From Protoeuglena noctilucae (taxonomy: Eukaryota), in the NCBI GenBank assembly GCA_958009085.1, contig OY253684.1:868001-932000 (forward strand): a stretch of DNA of 64,000 nt, written 5' to 3'. Below, piece by piece: positions 1-12,900 of this stretch (positions within the stretch are counted from its first letter, which is position 1; each line of letters opens with the position of its first letter). The notes under the pieces were generated by a model that saw only the letters and a program-made list of their open reading frames with translations, did no database searches and was not told the DNA's origin. The position numbers and the translations under genes are program-made.

Positions 1-435
1 CCAGCGCGGAGGAAATCCGGGAGAGGTTCCAGAGGGGGCTGGAGGTGAGGGGAGTGTCCGTAGAGATCCGGGAGAGGTTCCAGAGGGGGCTGGAGGTGAG
101 GGGGCTTGGGGCTTGGGTGCTGGATTGGGCATGGCAGTCAGCAGTCGGGGCTGGAGGCGCAGGGCTGAGGGCGCTTGTGTGGGAATGCCTGCACTTGTAC
201 TCACAACCTCGGCGGTATCGTGCCATCTCTTCGCTTACTCTCGCTTACTCTCGCTCACTCTCACTCTCTCTCGCCCTGGCGGTCGCAGGAGGCAGAGAAA
301 GAGGACCAGGAGAGCGACAAGGGGGCGGCAGTGGGGGCAGTGGGGTCATCGGAGGGGGCCAAGGGGAGGAAGGGGCCGGTGGTGCTGGGGGCGGGGACGC
401 CGCCCCCCGAAGAGCCCAAGAAACTCATCTTGTGA
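1..435 (+). CDS. 3' end of an unidentified protein-coding gene (partial; exons <1-44 and 289-435)
   Basis: Exon SAEEIRERFQRGLE ends at GAG|GTGAGG (45). Acceptor TCGCAG|GAG at 288/289 continues in frame as EAEKEDQESDK...EEPKKLIL-TGA (433-435). No family recognised. Confidence 0.6.
15..103 (+). repeat. 38-bp direct repeat (period 51) duplicating an exon end and its 5' splice site
   Basis: ATCCGGGAGAGGTTCCAGAGGGGGCTGGAGGTGAGGGG at 15-52 and 66-103. Confidence 0.95.
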
Positions 436-932
436 AGCCACGAGTGGCTGCGTGAACGTTTGAAAGACACAATCTGCTAAGGACACAATCTGTTGCATAT
501 ATTCTAAAGGATGGCCCAGCCGACGCGCGCATCGACGCAGACGGCGGCGCGGCGGCCATCGCTGGCCTGGCACGCAACCAGCACAGGGCCTCCCCCGCGC
601 GGCCCGGACACCGACCGCGGGGCTCGGGGCCGGCGCAGCGCACATCTCGCGGGTCGTCGGATGCGAGCTTGCGCCATCGATCGCGAGCACACGAGCGCAG
701 AGAGCTGCAACCAGCTTGGTCACCGTTCAAAGCTTGCGGCCTTGCCTGCGTCTGTGCTGCGTCGTTCCGGGTCCGACGGGGCGGTGTGTAGGACGCGTGA
801 GTGGGTCGTAAGCTGCAGAATAGGACGGGACCCGCATCGCGCCATCCGTCGCGGCAGCCGAGCTGGCTGACTGGGGCGCATGCCTGGGCAGATTTGACGG
901 TGCGCGGGGACGTGTCCGCAGGTCCGTGCGCA

Positions 933-2577
933 ATGGCGGGCGGATATGTCCAGCAAACGCTGCAAGCCGAGCTTGAGGGACCGGTGGTCGGTGAGGGCGT
1001 GCAGAGGGAGGACTTTTGTTGCATGAGCACCGGTTGCCTTCGCGATACTCAGGGTGGGTCAGGTCGCTTGCGCAGGGTGGGGCGACCTGCCCGGGGAGCT
1101 GCATCGCGAGATCCTGCGGCTGGTGCCGCTGAGCGACGCGACGGTGGCGCGGCAGGTGTCGCTGGAGATGCGCGACGAGGTGGACGAGGTGTGGAGGGCG
1201 TGGAGCATCCGGGCCACGGCGGAGGACAAGCGGATAAAGATTCGCAAGCATGTCACATTTCAGGTCCAAGAGGGTGCCCTTCACCACACCCCGCTGGTTG
1301 TGCACGCGCATGGCGGGTCGCATGCGCACCACCTGGCAAGCCTGGGGCTGTGGTGGCTGGCGGTGTTGGCGGCGGAGGCGCCGGACATCAATGGCTTCTC
1401 TTGGGCCGTGGATACGGACGGGGACATCAAGTAGTCGCCGCTGATGGTGGCAGTGCGGGCACTGCGGCCGGTGGGGCGCCGGGTGGGTGGCGGGGTGGAG
1501 TGGGCGCACGCGCTGGGGGATGGGGAGGTGGCGCAGATGGTGCGGGTGGTGGTGGGGATGGGCGCGGACGTCAATGGGCGGCTTGAGGAAGCCTTGCCGC
1601 TGATGACGTACTGCGCGGCGCGGGGTTGCGTGGAGGCGGTGAAGGCGTGCCTGGCAGCGGGGGCGGAGGTGGACGCGCCTGGAGACGACTATGGTAACTG
1701 GATGACGGCGCTGGTGCATGCCGGACGCGGGGGTCACGAGGCGGTGGTGGAGGTGCTGCTGGAGGCGGGGGCGTCGCCCACGGTTGGGGAAGGTGACGAG
1801 GATCACACCTTGGCGACGGTGTGCGAGGTTCATCCGACGCCGGGCATTGTGAGGCGGCTGGTGGAGGCGGGGGCGGACGTCAACGCTTGGGATGAAGATG
1901 GCTATCCGTCGATAGTCTATGCTTCGGAGCGTGGTGACCTGGCCTTGATGAAGGTCCTGGTGGAGCTGGGGGCCGACGTGAGGGCCACCACTGAGAATGA
2001 GAAAACCGCGATGCACGAGGCGGCATCTGCGGAGGTGGTGCGGTGGCTGGCGGCACGTGGGGCGAGCGTCCAGGGCGATGGGGTCAACGACTCCCCACTC
2101 CAGAGGGCATGCGCTTATGGCCGCGTCGACGCCGTCCGTGCTTTGATCGAGCTGGGCGCGGACGTCAATTACAAAGGCAGGGAACCTGCTACGGCTTACC
2201 GCCATAGGGGTGTGGCTCTCCGTTACGCGGTGCAATTTGACCACCCGGAAATCGCGGTGGAGATGACGCGGCTGCTGCTAGCGGCGGGGGCGGACGTCAA
2301 GGCCGTCGATGATGATGGCCAGACGCCCCTGCACTGGGTCTGGCATCCCGCGTGCGTCGACCTGCTGCTGGCCGCGGGGGCAGACCTGGAGGCGCGGCAT
2401 GGCAAGGGCATGACGCCCATCTGCGTCGCTGCAAGCGATCTGCCGCACAGATCCAAGGTGGTGCTGCGGATGGCCGACCGCGGCGCGGACCTGGTCAACA
2501 CGGGCGGGGAGGCGGGGATGGTGGAGCGCGTAGTGGCGGAGCTGCAGGCCGAGTACAGCGGTGGACAGGCAGACTGA
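933..2577 (+). pseudogene. F-box + ankyrin-repeat protein gene interrupted by one in-frame TAG (1432-1434)
   Basis: Exon 933-990 (MAGGYVQQ...), phase-1 GT-AG intron 991-1075, then F-box-like WGDLPGELHREILRLVPL...ARQVSLEMRDEV. ORFs 1054-1434 and 1444-2577 share a frame. About 10 ankyrin repeats follow (e.g. QTPLHW...LLLAAGADLEA, SPLQRACAYGRVDAVRALIELGADVN). Pseudogene status is uncertain because the stop could be a base-call error. Confidence 0.75.
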
Positions 2578-3237
2578 CCAAGCACGCACGGTGAGGGGAA
2601 AAGCGGGACAGAGTCGGCTTGTGCTGCAGCGTGCAGGTGGGTGCGATGGATGGGGCGTGGGATGTCGGGCATGGGTTGTGGATGCGTGAGTCGCCATATC
2701 AGCGGCCCTCGCCAATCGTGCACAGCCCAACCAGCCTGCCCTATGGGCCTTGTTCCCTCACGCAGGTGGCTCATCGCCACACTCGTCGACCCACCTAACC
2801 CACCCAATCCCATCTCTGCTCCGTGTCCCGTGCTCGCAGCAGCCCCAGCAGCTGTCAGTGGGCATCTGACCCCACGTCGAGCTTCGAGTCTTCCGAACTC
2901 TCCACGATGAGCTGATTAGTGAGTGGTGTGGGAGGTGGCAGGGCGTGTTTTGACGCATGACGCGTGAGCAAGGTCGTCTTTCGCCAACCCTATGTTGTGG
3001 TGTCGTCTCACTGTGTAAGCGAGCCATGTGTCGCAGTGCGTGGCGCAGCAGGGATTGAACAAGAGACGAGCCGTCCTGCCCACCAGCCTCCGACACAGCA
3101 CCGCGCACCCGTCATACACGTGGGTGCGTTACTGCCACCAACGCCCTGCTATGGCCAGGATGCGCTTTAACGAGGCTAGCCGCAGTCACTGCCACGCCTC
3201 GCCGTCTCATCGACAGTCTCCCTTTCTTAAGAGTAAG

Positions 3238-5627
<2,390 letters not shown>

Positions 5628-5946
5628 CGCCCCCCGCAGCCAGGCGACCTCGACGTCCAGCCCAGCGCCACGAGCAAGCAATTATCCTCCCTTTGACGAC
5701 CCCGCACCCGGCTCAGAGCGCGTCGATGTCAGGTTTCCTCAGACCCAGCCAGCTACCGTCACTGCAGGATCTCCGAATGCGTAGGAGCGTCAAAATTACA
5801 TAATCAGATGCGTTGAGGTCCTGGGGATGCACGCCTCCCCTGCAACACTTTTCTGACCAGTCGGCCGCCCCGCGAGAACGCCGTCTTTGGGCCTCAGCGG
5901 CCGGCCGCGACCGCCCTTCCAACCCCTTCAGACGGCGCGCGGAGAG
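5628..5946. promoter_or_regulatory. Probable bidirectional promoter/5' UTR region between METAP2 and RPL39
   Basis: Only 319 bp between divergent ATGs, with a relatively AT-rich core near 5790-5860. Inferred from gene geometry. Confidence 0.5.
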
Positions 5947-6610
5947 ATGGTGAGGGCGCGCGTCCTCGTTTGGCTGGGCGGCGCAAGCCGGCTCGGGAGC
6001 GTCCCTGGCCCTCCTCCCTTTCCTCGCTGGCTTCGCCGGCGCGTCTGCTGCACTCTGTCGCCACATAGCCCGGCAGGCGGGCCCTCGCGGGCTCCCCACG
6101 CCCCAGAGACGTCCTGTTTCCCACGGGCCCCCGCGGAGGCGCTCCCTGCGCTGTCCTTGCGCCCCTGTTGACTCTTGATTAGCTCCTTTCCCAGACCGCT
6201 GGCGCTGCGGGCCTCGCCGGGGCGCGGGACGGCGAGCACGCGGGCGTCGGTCCGCCCCGCTGCTCGCTCGTCCCCTTGCGCGCCGCGCCTCCCCCGTCCT
6301 CCCCGCCCGTCGCCCGCCCCACTTCCCCTCCCCAATTCCCTGCCGCAGCCGTCTAATAAGACCTTCCGGGTCAAGCGGGTGCTGGCCAAGAAGGCCAAGC
6401 AGAACCGCCCCATCCCCTACTGGATTCGCTTCAAGACGGACATGAAGGTGCGCGGGTCATTTGCGTTTGTCACAGACTTGCCGGGTCGCACGGGCGCGCC
6501 GCGCCGGAGCGTCCGCCCGCCCCTCGCGACCTGTTGCCGACGTGTTGCCGCTGCAGATCCGCTACAACGCCAAGCGCCGGCACTGGAGGCGTACCAAGCT
6601 GGGCATCTGA
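5947..6610 (+). CDS. RPL39: 60S ribosomal protein L39 (eL39)
   Basis: Exons 5947-5949 (ATG|GTGAGG), 6349-6447 and 6557-6610 give 51 aa: [51 protein letters not shown]. Confidence 0.97.
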
Positions 6611-6954
6611 TCCAGCGACGTAGCAGCCATAGGCGGGGCGGCCGCTCCCCGGTCGGGGCAGCGATGCCGGCGTGAGCTCATGTCACACAGCGGGGTCACG
6701 CACTTGCTTTCTGAAATTCAACCCAAACCGCTGCCCTTACCGGTGAAAGGAAGTGCAACGAGTGTGGATTGCGACTCCTCGTGATCCGAGAAGAGACGCG
6801 AACGGGCAGAGAGTACAGTGGCAGGTCCGCAAGACCTGGCCATGCGAGCGCTGCAGCTCCCATCCGTTTATGGGCGATTGATCCCACCAATGCCATTAGT
6901 AGAGAGAACGTATAAGCCCCGCAGCGCACGCTTCCATCACCGCTGCTACCACCG

Positions 6955-9900
6955 CTACCGGTTCCCGGCCGAGCCGCCCCGCCCCACGTCCCCTCCCCTG
7001 GCGTGTGGCATCTCCCAGGGCCGCACCGACAGCTGCCGGAGGAAGGGGATGTCAGCCGCGGCCACGTGCCCGGGCGCGACGTCCATCGCCACGTTGAAGA
7101 TCTCGTGCATGAAGGCGCGTGCGGCACGGGTGTGGTAGCGGCGCTGTCCGGTGACCAGGTGCAGCTTGCGGGCCAGGCGGCGCCCACGGATGCGGACTTT
7201 GCAGAGGAGGCCCAAATCGACCTTCTTGGCCACTGCCGCGGTGCTGCGGGGTGGGGGGGAGGGGTGACGGTGGTGAGCACGTGCGGTGGGGAGGTGCGAG
7301 GGCGGTGGGGAGGTGGGGAATGGGAGAGAGAGAAGGGGAGAGGGGGGCAGTGGGCGATTTGCGATGTCACCTCCGCGCGTCTCGCATCGAATGCAGCGCC
7401 ACTCTCTACCCACCCCAGCACTGCACCCACCTCTGCTCCCCACCCACCCCACTCTCTACTCACCCCGCTCACCTGAGGAAGGCCACCCCCAGGTTGAACT
7501 GCACGGCGCTCTTGATGGCCTCGACGCTGTTTAGCTGCATGCTCTCTCGGATGCGGGACCAGTCCACGCCCGCGCTGGCGATGAGCTCGCGCTGCACGTC
7601 GCGCGTGTTGCTCTCGTTGTTCTGCGAGGGGAGTGGGATGCATGATGTCAGCTATCAGTGCCTCCTCTAATCTCATATCCTCTTACTTCATCCATCCCCT
7701 CTCCTCTCACCAGCGTGATGAAGTCGTGCGCACACAACCCCACTCCACTCATCCTCTCTCCCCATTCCCTCACCAGCGTGATGAAGTCGTGCGCGTACAG
7801 CTCCTCCACATCCACCACGCCCCTCTTCGCCAGTGGGTGCGCCAGACCCACCGCCATCACCACCTCATCCTCCGTGTAGGCTGCAGTTGGGATGCAGGGG
7901 GTGGCATGAGGTGCACGGGGTGTGGCATGCGGTGCTTGGTGATTGGCTGGTGGTGTTTACATGCTAGTCTTGACAACCAAGCATGTGTCGTTGTGCCGAG
8001 TCACTTGTCGCTCTTACCCACGGAGCTTAGCTGCCCCATCGTCACCTGGGTATCAAATTGATAACAATCGACACAACCCACTCCCTCACCCACGGAGCTG
8101 AGCTGCCCCATCATCACCTAGCAGTCAGATTGACAACAATCGATACAACCAATACAATCCACTCCCTCACCCACGGAGCTGAGCTGCCCCTCCAGGTGTG
8201 CGGGCACCCCGTTGGCGACGATGGCGGCGTCGAGGTCACCCCTGGCCACGCTCTCGCACACCGATGGGGAGTCGCCCACCGTCAGCTTGACGCTCACGCC
8301 GGGGTGGCGGGATTTGAATATCGACACCAGGCGGGGCATCAGGTACGTGCCTGGGGGGGCGAGAGAGATGGGGGTGAGTGGGGGAGGGGTATGACTGGGT
8401 GATGGTCGTCTCAAGCCACAACCCTCACCTCAATCCCCATGCAATGCTCGTGTCACTCCCCATCCCCATTCCCACACCTCCACCCCCCCTCGCCTGTCAT
8501 GTGCGATGCTCCCAGTCACATGCCACCCATCCCATGCATATCCCAAATCACCACATCTCGCCTGTCATGTGCGACGCCCCCAGGTGAATGGCCCCGATCT
8601 CCGCGGCCTCCATGTCTCGCAGCGCCACCACCGCCTCTGTGCACAGACGCAGCACGCGCTCAGCGAAGGGGAGCAATGCCTCTCCCTCCACGGAGAGAGA
8701 CGAGTAGTTGGTCTTGAGGCGGTGACGCTGGAAGAGACTGGGGGGGAGAGGAGGGTGGGGGGGGGTGAGGGGAGAGTGGGGGGCAGAGGGGTGTGGGGAT
8801 GGGATGGGAGGGGTGAGGAGGTGGGGTTGGGATAGAGTAGGGGGGGCTGAGGGGGGCGATGAAAAGTGGGCTTTGTGTTTGCCACTCTCGCACTCATCAC
8901 TCACCTGCACCTCCCCTCCATGCTCTTCATCGCCACCACCACTCACTCACTCACTGATCACTCACTCATCGCTCACCTGCACCCGCACCTCCCCTCCATG
9001 CTCTTCACCGCCACCACCGTCCCCGGTGATGTCATGCCCAGCGCCTCCGCCGCTCCCTTGATCGACTCCCTAGACGCGCATGCCAGAAACACCGCCAGCT
9101 CCTCCAATAGGAATGGCACGGGGATGGGCTCTTCCATGGTTGCTAGGAAGTCCTCCTCGGGGCGGTCACCGCCAGAGGTGCGGGGGGCACTGGGGGGGGG
9201 GAATAGGAGTGGGGTGGGGGTGTTGGTGAGGGGGAAGGGGGATGTGAGGGGTGTGAGGGGGGGGGGGGGGGGGTGAGGGGGGTGAGAGGGGGGGTGTGAA
9301 GGGAGAGGGTGTGTGAAGGGGGTGAGGGACGTCAAAAGGGGGATGAGGGTAGGAGGTGGTGAGAGAGGGCGTGAGGGGAGGGGTGAGTTGAGGAGAGGGT
9401 GGGGGAAAGCGAGCGCAACATAAGGCGTGGCCATAGCAGCGAGCCCACCCCTCACCGTCCCCCCCCTGGCCCCCCCTCCTCCTCCTCCCCCATCGTCACA
9501 CCGCGGAATCTCTCAGCTTCCGGCCTCAGCGCATCCAAATCGGACATGTGAGCCCTCACGTCCACCCCACCCCCCACCCCGCGCCACGCCCACCCCGCCC
9601 TCCTCACTCCTGCCCCCCCCGCATGCTCCCCTGATTGCCCCTCCCCCACCGTTGCAGCCTCGCCCACAATGCCGCTCCCTGCACCCCTCTCGCCCTCCCC
9701 CCCCCCGCCCCTCCACCGCGCTCTCCTCTACCTGACAGTGCGTGTCGCCACCCCCGGGCACCTCCTGGAAGCACTCTAGCACTCGGTCGCCTAGCGGGTA
9801 TCGCCCCACCACCTCCACAGCCGGCGTGGCATTACGTGAACGCCCACTGCCACCCATCCCACGCCCTGTCGCCACTAACAGCGCCTGCCCCTCTCGCACC

Positions 9901-12900
9901 ACCCGCGACGCGCGGGCTTCCCAGGCAAACTCGCGGCCATTTACGCGATCGCTGTCTTGCGACGAAACACTCTCTGACACGCCGCTCTCTGGCACTGCTG
10001 TCCCTGGCGCGACTGCCCTGTGCCGCGCGCCCTGCGCTGGGAGTGTAGCAGCGTCGGCGTGTGAAGCCTCGGCCGGCCCTCGCGCGGCTGCCGCCCCGTT
10101 GGTGTGAAACGGGACACTGGCGCCGTCTCTGGCAGTGGCGGGTGCCAGTCGGTGGGGCAGGGGGCGGGGAGGGGCGGCGACCTGGGGTCCCTCCTGGGCG
10201 GCAGACACGGGGGGGGATCAATCGCATTCATGTGATAGGAATTGAATGCATTCAGCGAGAGTAATGAAATGGAATGGGTCTCGTTTGACACACACGCACG
10301 CCGCCCACCCACGCTCCCGTACCTTCACGCCGTCATACCACCACACCATCACGCAACCATGCCACCATCCCACCCCTCGCCTGCATCTCCGTGGCCATCT
10401 CCCACATGGCCTCCACCAGCGCCGCCGCTGCCTTGGACTGGTACCTACGCTCGTTGGTCAGCATCAGGATGTGACGTGACAACTCCAGGCCCTCCACGCA
10501 CACCTGGGGGGGAATGGGAGACGCGAGATGGTACTGTTGTGACAATGCAAGAGCACTAGCATGTGCTGCAGCAGTAGTTGTGTCGCGCTGGTAAGCAGCG
10601 CATCTGACTTGCACCTCGCAACACTGAACAACAGCACACTCCGTCACGAACCCCAGTCATTCCCTCCCCACCCCCTGTCACCCACCTCCTTCAGCAGCCC
10701 CTCCTTGAGCTCCCTCATCGCCGCCGCCGCAGACACGAACGCCACCCCGATGCCCTCCTCCACGGCGTTCTTGACGGCCTCGACCGAGTTGACCTCGAAC
10801 GCCACGTGCAGCTGGGAGGCGTCCACGCCGCGACGGGAGAGGAGCTCGGACTGGCGGCGGTACACTGGGGGGGGAGGGGTGAGGGGGTGATGGGGGATAA
10901 GAGCTCGGACTGGCGGCGGTAGACTGGGGGGACGCATGCGTTGAGCGATCGACCACCCTCCCCGCATCGAGTGCATCTGTGTCACACTCACATCATCCAT
11001 GGACACGTCATGTGCAAGTGACTCTCACCCGACGAGTTGCGGTTGATGGACATGAGACAGCATGCGTGAGACTCACCGCAGCGACTGCAGTCGTGACACG
11101 CTCACATCATCCATCGCATGTGACACACACTCACCCGACGAGTTGCGGTTGATGGACACGAACCGCAGCGACTGGAGGTGCGATGCGGAGATGGGCCCCA
11201 TGGACCACACGGGGTCGTCGGGGGCACACACCAGCGCAATGCGATCGGACAGATACGGCTCCACCCTCACGCCGCGTGGCAGCACGGACGCGGGCACCAC
11301 GCCGCCCACCAGGGCAGCGTCGAGGTCGCCTGGGGTGGGAGAGGGGGGAGTGGGGTTGGATGGGGGTGAGGGGGGATGGGGGAGGGGGTGAGTAATACCA
11401 GCGGGGTGCGAGACTGTGGAACGAGTGTTGTGTTGGATACTGTTATCAGAGTTGGTCAGTCATAAGTACTCGCATGCGCACTTATAACATTGCATGTGCA
11501 CCTGTGCCAAATGCTCCCGTCACATACGCACCCCCTCCCCACCCCCCCTCACCCGATGCCACGGCCAGTGCGATCTTACACATCCATTCCATAAGCACCC
11601 CCCTCCCCCTTTCTCCCCCCCTCCCTCACCCGATGCCACGGCCAGTGCGATCTTGCACATCCACCCCACATGCACCCACCCCCTCACCCGATGCCACGGC
11701 CAGTGCGATCTTCCTCGTGCTCTCCACCGCCAGCTGCACCTCCACCCCGGGGTGTCTCTCCAGGAAGCGACGCACCAGGCGGGGCATCAACTCCACGCCC
11801 ACTGTCTGCGATTGGGAGGGGGGAGGGACTGGGTCACGAGGCATCAACTCCACGCCCACCGTGGGGAGGGCAGGGCGTAGGACTGGGGTAGCGACTCCTG
11901 ACATGGCAGGTTCAGCCATGTCAGGCTTACTATGCGCGCCTCACCCGCTCCCATCTGCCGCTCCCATCTGTCACTTTACTGCCTATCCGACCTTGCACCC
12001 ATCTCTCACCTCATCGCACCCCATCTCTCACCTGGCTGCCCCCCAGCCGCACCCTCCCCGCCCTCACGCTCTTGAGGTCCTCCAGCGCCGCCACTGCATC
12101 CTTGCACTCGGCAATCACCAGGGAACTGCGAGGAAGGGAACGAGCGACGCTGTCTGGCCTGTGGCAAGCATCGCTGTGCCGTTCTACGACTTGGGCCTGC
12201 AAAGATGACTCAGTAACTACTATTAATAGTCAGTTACACTCCCATTCCCACCCCCACCTCGCTACCACACTCGCCTGTGATAGCACAGCACAGCACCACC
12301 CCCACCCCACTCCCATGTTAATACTCGCCTGTAGTGGTACAGCACCACCCCCGCCTCGCTGAGCCTCCACGGCGGCATGGTGCGCGACCACAGCTGCACC
12401 CCCAGCGACTGCTGCAGCTTCAGCAGCCGACCGCGGAGGCAGTTGTGGTCCAGGCCCGACCACTCCGCCACCTGGGAGACAGGCGATAGATATGTCATAT
12501 GTCATGGACAACCACAATGCAATGCAATGCATGGGAAAGCGCACGCGCCAACACCCCCGCATGCACCCACGCACCTTGTACACCCCCCGCCGCTCCGCCA
12601 CCCAGTGCAGCGCCTCCAGCTGACTCAGCGAGAAGGGGTAGTTGCTCAGAACCGTGCCCCCGGACCGCAGCCGCAGCGTCGGCTCGGGTCCCGCGCTGGC
12701 GGTGCTTCCATTGGTGTCGTCGCCTGCCACTTCGCCCTCGTCTGGGCTGAGCCCCAACGCCCGGGCCGACTCCGCGGCAATCTCCGCGACCGCGCCATCG
12801 AGACGCGACAGCGACATGCGCTTCCGCCGCTTTCGCTGCACGGGGGGCGCGGGCGGGTGCGGGGGAGCCGCGCGGCCGGGGTCGTCGGCCCCCAAAGGGC

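Noticed and set aside
1432..1434. TAG reassigned to Gln (ulvophyte-type nuclear code)
   Set aside because: TAG terminates CYB5D1 at its conserved C-terminus (63790-63792) and TAA terminates ATPase copy 1. No other in-frame TAR codon was seen in conserved exons.
9190..9455. G-quadruplex or telomere-like arrays in G/C-run-rich introns (also 30325-30350, 50572-50613)
   Set aside because: These coincide with C-rich acceptor tracts common to many introns here. There is no regular telomeric unit and no evidence of a separate function.
11548..11712. 30-bp repeats separated by unique sequence, resembling a mini CRISPR array (also 8016-8190)
   Set aside because: Only 3 copies with irregular spacing, the repeat is the adjacent exon end plus splice donor, no cas genes are present, and the context is eukaryotic.
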